This document shows, piece after piece, positions 38,608-51,788 of a DNA stretch of 64,000 nucleotides. Below the pieces are notes generated by a model. The model did not search any database and was not told the DNA's origin. It saw only the letters and a list, made by a program, of their open reading frames with translations. A program made the position numbers and the translations under genes. The first letter of the stretch is position 1, and each line of letters begins with the position of its first letter. The stretch is from the NCBI GenBank assembly GCA_001244265.2, contig CDLV01000006.1:2108001-2172000 (forward strand), written 5' to 3'. This stretch comes from Microbotryum violaceum. Its lineage: Eukaryota.

Positions 38608-40538
38608 CACTTCGTCGCAAGTGCGGGCACGAGTGCAAGCAGAAGAGATGGATCTTCCCCCCTCGAATACGCTCTGGCTGGCAACCCTTCGGATCGAAGG
38701 GGGAGGGGTCGCTCTCGGTTTGGAGGGGCCGAGCTGCGAAGTGCTCGAGAGGAGAGGAGCCACAGAGACAGAGGGATCAACGGTCCGAGCTCAGCGACCA
38801 AAATCCTTTTCGGCAATCCGTCTCGTGATGAGCACTATTCATCACATCCTTGTGTTTAGGTTAGCTCGTTGAACGCCCTTATTCCTATCCGCTTTACTCA
38901 AAGTATAGCTTCACATTGTTGCTCCTCGAAAAACTCAAAAGCGTACCAGCTCATGAAGTTGCTCAACCGGAAATGGAAACTTGGTTCGATTAAGAAATTG
39001 CTAATGTACACTCTTGTAAGACGAAACGGAAAAATTACACCGCCACATTCATCGTATGTCTTCCACTTCCAATCGCATTAAGCTCGCCGACATTCCACTC
39101 ATACACCCTTTAACCGCTTGCCGACGACGAAGACGGACGCTCTCTAAACCCTAGCACGACGCCTTCCTCCTCCACCATGAGTACCGCAGGAGAAGCATCG
39201 ACCCAGGCAGCTGAAAACGCCTGCGAAGGCACCCGCGATGGCGTTGACGATCGAGGAGAGGACGGAAGCGATCAGGCCAAAAAAACCGGAGATCCCTCGA
39301 CCGATGGCGGAGAAGATGTTCTGATTGTAGGAAGAGGTCGGAAGGGTATACGAAGGAAACGGTCAGTGAGTGCACTTGTGAGGAATAGTCATCAATACAG
39401 GGCATGCTGAGCGGTGACAGTACCCTCCAAGTCTGGGCAGCACGGAGCTCGGCTCTCGGTTAGGGGAGAGGCTAGACGTACAGCGATGGCGGAGCAGACG
39501 ACACCCATGTTTGATGTTGTACGTTAGTCAAAGAGGTGTTGAGGATTTGGAGACTTTGGAGAATCGAGTTCAAAATGGGATGAGTCATCGAGTGGCGAAG
39601 AACATGAGGACCTTTCCCATGAAGCGAAGCCTAGCGGGGCCACGAGGTCACGGGACGGGGGGCCGTCCGAGCCGGTGAAGCGAAACAGACAACTTACGGC
39701 ACGGGAGATGGAGGCCTCAAGAATCAGTATGCTTTGTTGGAGGTTGGGATGTGATGTGGAGGAGGGAAAGGGAAGGAGCTCCAGAGGAAAAGTCGGAACG
39801 TCAACGTTCTACTCGAGTTGTGCATCGGTGGGACGGAGGTCTGCCGCGGCCACGAGAGGTTCAAGGAGCTCCCGAAGAGTTCGACTTCGTCATTTCTGCT
39901 TCGCGAACGGGAGCCGTCAACTCGCGAGCGATCTCGCCACGCGCTTCGAAAAGCGCCCCCATACGTCATCATCGCATTCCTTACAAGCATACCTACCTAG
40001 GCAGACCAAACACCGGTGGCTTCTTTTCCGAATTCCGAGGAGGAACCAGCGAACGAGCGATGTCATCCCTGCTTGGCGATCTTCTCGCTAGCGGTCGCTG
40101 CCGGCACGAGGCGCGCTGGGCCACCACAAATGACGTAGCAGGTTCGAGAACTGTGCCGGCCGGCTTTGTCGACTCTGGAGAGGTCTGAGCTTTGAGAGTT
40201 GAGACTTACGGCACTTTATGGACGACTCGTGATCTGAAAACCTGGTGCAGTCCACATTGGAGATGGGAAAAATGAACGATCTCGGCCTCAGTGTGGATCG
40301 CTGCAACCCACCGTTCGTGCGAAAAGGTTGCCAAATCTGCAGCGTGAATGCGCGGTCGGGCTTCCTCTTGCTTTCTACAGCTTTCTCGGGCACCGCTCCG
40401 TCACCTTAGTCGAAGTGCTGGGCCACGCGGAAAGCGATTTTGCTCTCTCACACCAGAAGACGAGCAACACGCTAACCGCATACGCTATCGACGTGGCCCC
40501 TGTCGTCGCAGTGAACCGGTCTCTACGTACTTGTCACC

Positions 40539-42057
40539 ATGTCGTCCTCATCTAAGGCTTACGAGATCGTCGTCTGGGGCGCAACCGGGTTCACTGGCCA
40601 GCTCGTGGCTCAGTACCTCTCTACCTCCCCGACCGCGGAGGGCCTTAGATGGGCCGTGGCAGGTCGCTCCAAGGCCAAGCTCGAGCAACGCATGCAAGAG
40701 GTGGGCGTCGATGTACCTCTTATCATCGCTGATGCTGGGGATGCCGGGAGTCTCGATGACCTCTGCAAGCAGACTCTCTGCATCATTTCGCTGGTGAGTG
40801 CGACTGTGACCTGGTCGTGCCTGATGACGATGCACGCCAGCGATGCACCCGGCGTGCACTCCGGCTTCTGACACACAGTCCCAATCCTTCGCAAACGACA
40901 GGTCGGGCCCTACGCCCGATACGGTGAACCTCTTGTCAAGGCATGCGCCGAGAATGGCGTCCACTACGTCGACCTGACCGGGGAAGCCCCATTCGTTGCA
41001 CGAATGGTCAAAAATCACGGTCGAGCAGCCGTCTCGACCAAAGCCATCATCATCCATGCGTGCGGTTACGACTCGGTCCCTTCGGATCTATGCGCCTACT
41101 TGGCTGCACAACGACTCAAGGCCGCGGGTGCCGAGGTTGGTCCCGTCCGAGGGATCGCTAGTTTCAAAGGTGGCATGTCGGGGGGCACGTTTGCGTCCAT
41201 GTTGGATATCATCAAGGCCCCAAAGGAAGACAAGAAGATTGCGATGAACCCGTATGGTCTATCGCCCATTCAGGGTCAACACAAGCCTGGAGCCGTCATC
41301 GCAAAGAGTACTACTCTCAACGGCCGTCGCCACTGGGGCGCTTTCTGGATCATGGTGAGTCCAATCCAGGTGCTATCGATTTGTCTGTGTCGTTGAGATA
41401 GTGATTGTTAATTTTGACGCCACAGGGTCCTTTCAACTCTGCCATTGTTCGTCGTTCATGGGGAATTCTCCAAGGCGCCTCGGACTCATCCTCTCGCGTG
41501 TTCTCGTACGGGTCCAACTTCTCCTACGACGAATGGATGGGCGTAGCCAACCCCCTCTTGGGTCTCCTCGTCTCGCTCGCTCTCTTTGTTGTCTTTGGGA
41601 TCCTCATCTTCGTCCCTCCGATCCGCTGGTTGGCCGAAAAATACGGTCCTCAGTCCGGCGATGGTCCGAGTGAGAAGATGCAAAGAACAGGTTGGTTCAA
41701 GTTGTTGACGATCGCCAAGTCGACAGACGGGAAGCAAGAGGTGGCGGTGACGATGAAGGGTAAAGGCGATCCGGGGTATGCGGCGACGTCAAAGATGATT
41801 TCGGGTGAGGACTCGGAGGCTCTCTCGGGCATTGCATTTAGTTCGGATCAGGAGCAGGCTCTGATGGTGAGATGGTTCAATCTCTCGCAGAATGCGCGCT
41901 GGCGATTGTCAAGGACTATGAACGATTACCTCCTATGGCACGACATGGGGGGATGCTGACCCCTGCCACTGCTCTCGGTCCCGTCTTGGTTGAAAGGCTC
42001 GAAAAGACGGGCTACTTTTCGTTCACCACTTCTTCCGAGGGCAAGAGGATCGAGTAA
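40539..42057 (+). CDS. Saccharopine-dehydrogenase-like oxidoreductase (SCCPDH family), multi-exon
   Basis: IVVWGATGFTG, WAVAGRS..KL, GPYARYGEPLV.AC, HYVDLTGE, CGYDSVPSDL, GDPGYAATSKM, and GGMLTPATALG. Confidence 0.93.
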
Positions 42058-42779
42058 AGGGTATGCTGAATGGTCTGACATTGAATGTAATGATAAACGG
42101 GGTAGCTATAACAACATGCGTTCGGCCGGGTGAAGGGAAATCTGTGTCAGGGTCAGGCAGGATGAGTAGAGGTCAGCTATCGAGCACTCGGAACCTGCCC
42201 CTGCCCCCGCCCCCCCCCTCTGGAAACACCTAAGCGCCCAAGCAACAAGGAAGCAAAATCCCACGATCCAGTCCAGAAGGTTCAGGGTTGCATGTGTTAA
42301 GGATGCGGTTTTGTATCGTCGACAGAGTGTGGATTAAGACAGGGATAACTAATAAAAGCTCCGGTAGAAGGGAAAAGGAAGCTCGAAAGCAACCGCTTTC
42401 TCCTTCTCCGGAACCTTGTTGCTCATCATGCTTGGATTGGAAGAGTGGGACATTGATTTTGTTGTTGTTTGGGGTATGGGCTCCGGGGGTTGGGGCTGAA
42501 GTGTGTGAACGGGGTCGAGGGGAGAGAGGAAAAACGAAGCGTGCACCCGAGGGGTGCGTAGGTGTGCATGATGGTGAGTGACTTACGGCTTGATGAATAC
42601 GATCGTGATGATGGTGGTAGTTATTGTAGATTCAAGATTCATGGCTGTCGTCAACGTCGTCCATGAGGCCTGAGGTCGGACGTGTGAGCGGGAAGAGGAC
42701 AAAAGACGAGTCGCGAGCGCAGCGCAAAGTCGATCAGCCGTTCCACGCTCTTCCACGCTTGACTCTGCCAGACTCTGCC

Positions 42780-44789
42780 AGGACCCCCGAAAGCCCAGCC
42801 AGAGGCGCATGCGGAAAAACGCCCTTTTTTGGCCTTTTTGTCAAAGTGTTTTTACCCTATTTTGGCCCCAAAATGTCAAAATTTCGCATGCGGCTCGGAA
42901 ATATTATCAAAATGTGTTCTACATGCTCCAAAAATCGCTCAAAAGTCCTCGAAAACGCGTTCCGAGCGTTTGCGGGCGCGCGGCGGCCTATCGAAAGTGG
43001 CTCGCGGCGCGCATCGCTTCGGCTGGTGTTGCGCGTGGCTCCAGGCTTCAAACAAGCCTTCCTTGCTTGGCTGGCTGGCTCGCTGCTTCGTTGTCAGACT
43101 TCCTTTTTGCTGAAGTTGAGATCCTTGTTTCCGCGGTGGCATTTGTGCGGCTTGTAGAGGTTCTGCCGGCGGCATCTCGCAGGCCGGGCACGCTCCGAAG
43201 GCGGCAAACCTTTGCTCAGCATGTGCGCTCGTGCTGATTAGGCGCCGCGTCCGGGTAACATGAGGTAAGGTCCGTGGTTGAACGATATGTAGTCGTTGAC
43301 GGACCTAATGACTCGATGACCTGTCGACCATCAATCATGCGGAACGGCATAGTGCCATCAATGAGGTGTGTGGAATAGCATGTTTTCTTGATGAGGCGAA
43401 GCTCCTGTACGACGACATTTGAGAGTAAAACCAACGAGGCGAGCGTGTCTTGGTTGCAGTGGTTTGTTGTCACTTTGCTGTAGATGTATCGCACTGTAGG
43501 ACACAAGACTTGTGTCAAACGAGAACTTCACAGCTCAACTGCCATTCGAGGCATCGTACCAATTCCAATGAACAGCACTTCTTCTCCATAGGCAGTTTGA
43601 TCGCAGCTGATTGAATGCATGCCACGCTTGAGGCCAAAGCAGATCCGAGATCCAATCTCCAATGGTGTGGCAGCGGTTACAGCTCCGTCAAGCGATCCAA
43701 AATGAGGATAGCGTTGTGCTAGCGCTCCATACTGCTTGTCTCTCTCAGGGAGCTTTTCCTAAAAGTATAGGACCGGCAAAACATTAGCTCCAGTTGCCTT
43801 CGCTCCTAAATCCAGCAACAACTCACTTGAACACGGCCATCCTCAATATAGGCGTTCTTCTGAATCTCGTTCAAGCTCCTCGTCGTGTCCGCCATGTCTT
43901 CGCAGCGAGATGGTCCCATGGACTGTACCAACCCTTTCAAGACGCATGAATGTGTTGTACTGCGTCCTTCCTCTGTATTGCTAACCCTACGCCTGCCTCT
44001 CCGCGAGTTGGGTCGCTCGATTCCATCGGCCTCCCTTGAGTAGAACAGCTTGAGGTGGCTACACTTATGAGCAGCTTGATGGGCAATCAGGTTGGCCAGT
44101 TCAGCGAGAAATTGGTATCGCGAGCATCGACAACTTGAGGCGGAAGTTTCAAGTGTGTGGGCTGTGTAGAACCGAACACGCGTGAGCTTAGACCAAAATT
44201 TCGATAGTTGAGCTTGGTAGACGCACGATTGGTCGTGAGAAGCTGTTTGCCTTCTCAACGGCCTCGAGTAGATGATAAGGTCGAGTAGTGGGTGAGCTCG
44301 TCTTTGGACAACTCGATGTGAAGAGACGCGTCGGCGGGAGCGACATCGAAGGCGAGGAGCTCGGCGATCGTCATGTTCATGTTGGTGAGCGGCAATAATC
44401 AATCGAAGGCATCGTTCAGGGCCTGCATGGGATGATGTTGTCGTGCTATGCTCCAATCTCGGGCCGAAGTGAAGCGGAACGGAACCTGCGCCCTTTCAAT
44501 ATCTAATCGGCCTAATCCCTCACAGCCACTTAACTCAAGTGATTACGGAAGATGGCTAGTACTAAGTGACTTGTTCAAGCGCGAGCGTCGCGAAACGCGT
44601 CTCGAAGCGAAGGCAAACGGGCCCAAAGTCATGCCGTAGGCTGCTCAGGGTAGGCCAAAATTGGGCCGACTCACGGGAAAATGTCAAAATCTAGACATGC
44701 GCCTCGGGGGCGAAACGTGTGTTTCGTCCCAAAATGTCAATTTTTTGCAATGCGCCTTAGACGATTTTCAGGATTTTGGGTCCTCAAAA

Positions 44790-44833
<44 letters not shown>

Positions 44834-44860
44834 GCCTCCGGCTGGGCTTTCGGGGGTCCT
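42780..44860. mobile_element. Non-autonomous TIR DNA transposon, copy A (~29-bp TIR, 8-bp TSD)
   Basis: AGGACCCCCGAAAGCCCAGCC(A/G)GAGGCGC at 42780 and its reverse complement ending at 44860. Flanks are ACTCTGCC (42772-42779) and ACTCTGCT (44861-44868). Confidence 0.9.
44793..44830 (+). repeat. Poly(A) tract, 38 nt
   Basis: Uninterrupted A run next to the right TIR. Confidence 0.95.
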
Positions 44861-45007
44861 ACTCTGCTGCACTTGGCTTGACTTCGCAGCCGTGCGCCTC
44901 GACCGGTTCAAAATCGCACTCGTCCCGACCAGTTTCAGTCAAGCTCATCGTCCGGTGTCGGTCGAACCACTACTGCCTCAACAGTTGAGCCGCACTTCGG
45001 CGAGTGT

Positions 45008-47119
45008 ATGCCCCCCACTTTGCACCGTTTCCTCCTCCGCACCATGTCATCTTGCTCCATCTCCCAGGGTACCACCCGACCGAGCAAGAGCACGGGCATG
45101 GGCATGGGCACGGGCACGGGCAGCCGGTTCAACCGCGAAGTAGCGCCCCCTATCCATCGAGGCATGACCGAGTTAGACCGCTCGCGATTCTCGACCCGGT
45201 TACGCTTCGTCGCGGCCAAGATCCCGGCGAATGAGACGGGCAGGTTCAGGGATGGCGTCGCAAAGTCGTATGTGATCCGATCAACTCGGCGTCTTTCACT
45301 TTCGGGAAAGGCACGGACTGATCAAGTCAGCTCCCGGTCCCTCACTTGTGGGGCTCTCAACAGCTCCCTCCTTAGGATTCCAAGACTTCCAGCAGTGGTC
45401 AATGATCCCGACACGCAGACGCATCGACGGGTCATCCTCCAACTTCCGAGAGAAGGTAAGGCTCGAGAAGGTTTTTTACGAGACTCTTCCTACGCGAGAT
45501 GATGTTTACCCTGTCAGCCGTCACTCAAAGTCGTAGGAATGAGATCGTACGATGGCACTCACAAACTTTGACTTCTCTACCACTTGCTTGGCTTCCATAG
45601 AAATCACAAAGGACTCCCCACTTCAACGAGTGCTCGATGAACTCGGAGGCTCGTGGGTCGACCACGACATCACGTTAGACTACGAGTATTGGTCCGCAGG
45701 TAAGCGAGGTGGTCAATCATGAGAAGCAATGTCACGAAACTCGTGTTTGAGATGAGTTCATTGTGCTACAGACCAAATCCTTCAGTCGATTCTGCCCGAA
45801 GATTTGCTCGATGAATCGCCGACGTCGTTCACCCAAGTCGGTCATATTGGTGGGATGGGTCCCTCAACTTCAGCTATTGAGTATGCTATACCTTATTGAT
45901 GCTCACACTTTCTCTCAGCCCACCTCAATCTCCGAGACGAGTATCTGCCGCATCGCCATTTGATCGGTCAGATCATCCTCGATGTAAGTTCCCATCACGC
46001 CCGACAAACGACGAGTCGAGTTCGACCACCGCGTATGCTGACGCTGCTCACTCCTACAGAAAAATAAGGCGGTGCGTACGGTTGTCAATAAGCTCGACAC
46101 GATCGACAACGAGTTCCGCAACTTTGCCATGGAGGTCCTCGCCGGTCCCGCCGAATTCGTCGTCACGACCTCGGAAAGCGGCTGCACCTTCACATTCGAC
46201 TTTTCACAAGTCTACTGGAACTCGAGATTGCAGATGGAGCATCTGAGATTAGTGGAGAGCTTTGATCCCAAGGATGTCCTTGTTGATGCGTTCGCTGGGG
46301 TCGGACCGTTCGCGATCCCGGCGGGCAAAAAGGGGTGCGGTGTTTCGGCGAGCGACCTGAACCCTGCTAGTGCGAGTGCGTTGAAGGAGAATGCAACGGC
46401 CAATAAGGCGAGTCCTGCTAGATTTTGTCTTAAAGTCGTGAGCTGACTCGCAGGTTGATGTGCCCCGTACCCAGGTCGACCATATTGTCCGAACGGGTAA
46501 CGCCGACGGGAGGGATTGGATCCGCCAATCCGTTCTCAACATTTGGAATACACCCTTCCCAGCGTATACACCACCCTTATCCGCCAAAGCCCGAGGTAAA
46601 CTAGCTCGTCGTGCCAACGACCCCAAGGCTTCTCCATCTACCACCTCTTCTCCCCAAAAGCCAACCTCAGTAGCCCCTATGGACCTCGGGCCACCTCGAC
46701 GATTAGTCGATCATTTCGTGATGAACCTTCCTGAGTTGGCGATCACAATGCTGGACGCCTACAAAGGTTTGTATCACGAACTGTACAAGCTGCCTGGGGC
46801 GAGGCAGACGATCGAGAAGAGGGGTGAGGAGGGGTTGCCGATGGTGCATTGCTATTGCTTCACCAAGGATATGGACGACCAAGAAGGAGACATCTTGGCA
46901 GTGAGTATACCTTAATCGGCCGTGCTATGTCGTGCTTTGTTTAAAACTCGATTTGACATTCTTTTCCTTTGGACATCTGACCAGCGAGCGTCCCAAGCGC
47001 TCGGGATGCCGGTGACGAAGGAAGCGAGAGACTACAAGTTGAGGTTCGTGAGGGACGTTGCACCCAAGAAGGAGATGTATTGTTTGGAGTTTAGGTTATC
47101 CAAGGAGATGGTGGAATGA
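45008..47119 (+). CDS. TRM5: tRNA (guanine-37-N1)-methyltransferase Trm5, multi-exon
   Basis: LDYEYWSA, SFTQVGHI/AHLNLRDEYLP, TVVNKLDTIDNEFR, FDFSQVYWNSRL..EH.RL, DAFAGVGPFAIPAGKK, FVMNLP, and VRDVAPKKEMYCLEF. Confidence 0.97.
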
Positions 47120-48052
47120 AACACGTGGGGCCGTCGCGAACTCGGCGTTTCTGGGTGTTGGCATGTTGATCCAAACGGTGCCAGCAGTTTGGCGCGCCCA
47201 TATCTGCCCATACCCGAAAGTTCGGCAGGAGCCCTTTATGCCAGTTTTTGCCCGCGCCAAATCGGGTTCAGGATGAGTGCTGGCAGCCTTGGAGAGGTCT
47301 CCCAGTCCTGCACTGGTGTGCCTGGGCTTGGCGTGGTATTCGACTCATGGACCCAAGGCACCATCGATCAAAGCGACCATTGATCTCCAACATCTACCCC
47401 ATCATGGTTCGATGTTCTGAACCCATTAGATGGGGGGCACCCACTCTACCCTATGCTTCAAGCAAGTACGCCGGCGCCTCACTCCTGACTCTTGCGGCCC
47501 CCACCACTCGATGCGAAACCGGCCGAGATCGCGGATCGAGCTGTCGTCGCTGGGAGAGGAGTACGTTCTATGTCGCCCTTGCATACGTGTGATGCTATTG
47601 CACACTGATGCTATTGCACACCTATGCACCATCGCGCACGCTCGGATCGAATCGACCCTCCGTGACTGGCAGCTTCGTTGCGAAACCCGGTGAACCCCCA
47701 CCGTAGAGTACACGTCCAAACGAGGTCAAACAGTCATGCAGGCCATATTTTTTATATTGTACACCAGGCCATTTATTGACCTTATTTGAATATTGGGTGG
47801 TTCATTTGGGAAGCCTGCCAGTGGTGAGGCCTGCAGTGCGAGTGGCGCCAGCCTGGGGCTTCTTGGGGCTTTTTTTTTGTCCAGTTGGAGTCATAAATCC
47901 CAGCTAATTGTCTTTCCAAGACAGAAGCTAACAGACTTCAGATCCGCTGGACCACCATGTTATCTACCATGTATCAAATATCGATTCTCATATTGCAGCT
48001 TCGCTGGGACTAGGACTGATGCCCACCCCCCCACCCCGGGCCGGGCCACCCC

Positions 48053-48276
48053 TGTAAGGGGATGCCTTACAGAACAGCCCTATAAGTAGCCTCTGAGTAG
48101 CTAGAACTGCCGAGTTCTAGTTTTTATTATTATTACTGGGGCTCATAAATTGCAATCCTTCGGGTTGGCTGGGACCGCTACAAAAGAGCTAAAGAGTCTA
48201 GTCACGACTTGCTTTTAGTCTAGTGGTCAAGAACGACAGATTGTATTTTATGCACATCAGAGGCGCATATCTTACA
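48053..48276. mobile_element. Solo LTR (224 bp) with a perfect 5-bp TSD
   Basis: TGTAAG...CTTACA termini. ACCCC at 48048-48052 and 48277-48281. A related copy lies at 57431. Confidence 0.9.
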
Positions 48277-49539
48277 ACCCCAGGACCCCCGAAAGCCCAG
48301 CCATAGGCGGCCCTCTAAAAACGGCCTTTTTCGAGGCAAAATGTCCAGAATCTTTCCCGGATTCTGACTGATAATGTCCAAATATGAGGGCCGCCCAGTG
48401 TTGAATAATTTCTCAAAACTACTCTACAAGCTGTACAATGCTCAGAAAATTCTCTGCGCTACGCGCAGACTACATTCCCGCCGCGGGCGGGCGGGAAAGG
48501 TTGCGCGCGCACCAAGCACCAAGAGCGCCGCCAGCGCGACGGCCAGCGCGACCGCCAACTTACGAGCCTTTTTCCTAATGAAATGGACTCAAATAGGATC
48601 TCAGCTTTGTCTATTCATTTGTCATTTGATGTAAACTATCTACTAAACTACTAAAAAGAACTGTGTGGCTAAAGAATTTCAAAGAACGTCAAACAACGTC
48701 AAAGAACGGGAACCACGTGGCGTGACGTCATAACGATTTCGGTATACTGCAACGGCTCTCGGTCCACCGCGTCCCAACTAGCTAGCGCTGTTTCAGAACG
48801 GGTCCGCCAGCCAAGGGCCGTTTCGCCCACGTTTGCCGAGGTTCCATTTTCCAACAAAGCAGCCTGGCACATGCCTCTCTGCTTCCCAGACGACCGGTTT
48901 TGCGTGCCTGCCACATCGTAGTGTAGTCCCTTCAACCATCCAGTTCTGCCACTGCCGAAGAGTCATCTGCAAGCTTTCACCTCCCGTCTGCTGTACAACA
49001 ATCTTCACGGAGAGCAGCAGGGCAGCAGAGACGTCGGCGTCGGCAGCTGCTCACGTTCCTCCGCACAATCCGACTCCTCCCGACTCCCGCTCTAATCGCA
49101 CAGACGCCGCCGCCAGCAACCTCGAACAATCCCCGAAGCTCAGCGGCAACGATGCCTTCGCCAGAAGCAGCAGCGCGAAACCGATCAAGACGACGTCGCG
49201 CAAACTGGTTCGTCAAGTCAACCTGCACTGGCAGCAGGCAGTCTCAATGTCGCACGGCAAGTGCAACGGGCCCGCAGTTCTTCACCTCCAAGCTTGAGAT
49301 TCGTTCCTCCACGCTTTGAAGCAGTTCCAGACCTCGGGTAGCGTCGGCCAGTGCGCCAATGCCGCCGTTAGGGGCCCCGCCAGCGTGTCACGGGGCTTCA
49401 CTCCACGACGTTCCGCGGCCTTCCACGGCATTCTACGAGTCCGGTTTAAACTGAGGCGCAGGCTTCTCCATCTTCCTCCCTCCTGCTCTTCACACCTTAC
49501 CCATCGCACCTCATCCCATCGCCACCTCGAGCTCGCGAC

Positions 49540-51220
<1,681 letters not shown>

Positions 51221-51788
51221 TTCGTTGCAGTAATGTCGCCGCACAGTCACCGATTGCCCTGCGTCCACTGCCGGAGGATCAACTTCGTCCAATGGATCCA
51301 CCGCCTGTGAACGCTGCGATCTCTCGAAGGTCTCAAGGTCAGCAAAAGACGTCGTCAACGGGAAAGGCTTGAGCGAGAGCGTTCCGTTCCGGTCCCGCAC
51401 AGTTTTCCGCCCGACCCTGCCTTTGCCAAATCACGACGAATCAGTCCACCTCCAGGAGATCCCAAAATGATTGCGTTGGACAATCCCCTCCACCCCAGCC
51501 AACGCCCGATGCCAACGCTATCCCGCAGCGACGACCTACAGTCCGGAACCTCCGGGAGCGCGTTCAGTTCGCACACGGCGACATCCACCCGCCGCACGGA
51601 CACCGATTGCACTGCGTCCACTGCCGGGAGCCTACCCTCGACATGACTTAGGTGCAATAAATCTTCTGTGTCGGAAGCTCGGAACTTCTGTCCAGTCCTG
51701 CAAGAATTCCCGAAAACATAGATGAAGCAGCGTAGAACCGTAGCCATCTGCAATAATGTAACAGAAGTGCTGATTTTCAGTGTGAGGG

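Noticed and set aside
39055-39730. Small gene between the PIN gene and the SCCPDH-like gene
   Set aside because: Short competing frames with stops and no recognisable motif; a call cannot be supported.
42240-42665. Minus-strand gene starting MDDVDDSHES
   Set aside because: Stops after ten codons and has no recognisable domain; at most a relic.
44661-45143. ORFs with poly-Lys (and the poly-Arg-Glu ORF at 61206-61472)
   Set aside because: These are translations of the A38 tract and the (CT)n microsatellite.
34785-47119. DPH1, PIN nuclease and TRM5 as a functional RNA/translation gene cluster
   Set aside because: They are unrelated housekeeping pathways interspersed with oxidoreductases and TEs; no shared regulatory motif was seen.
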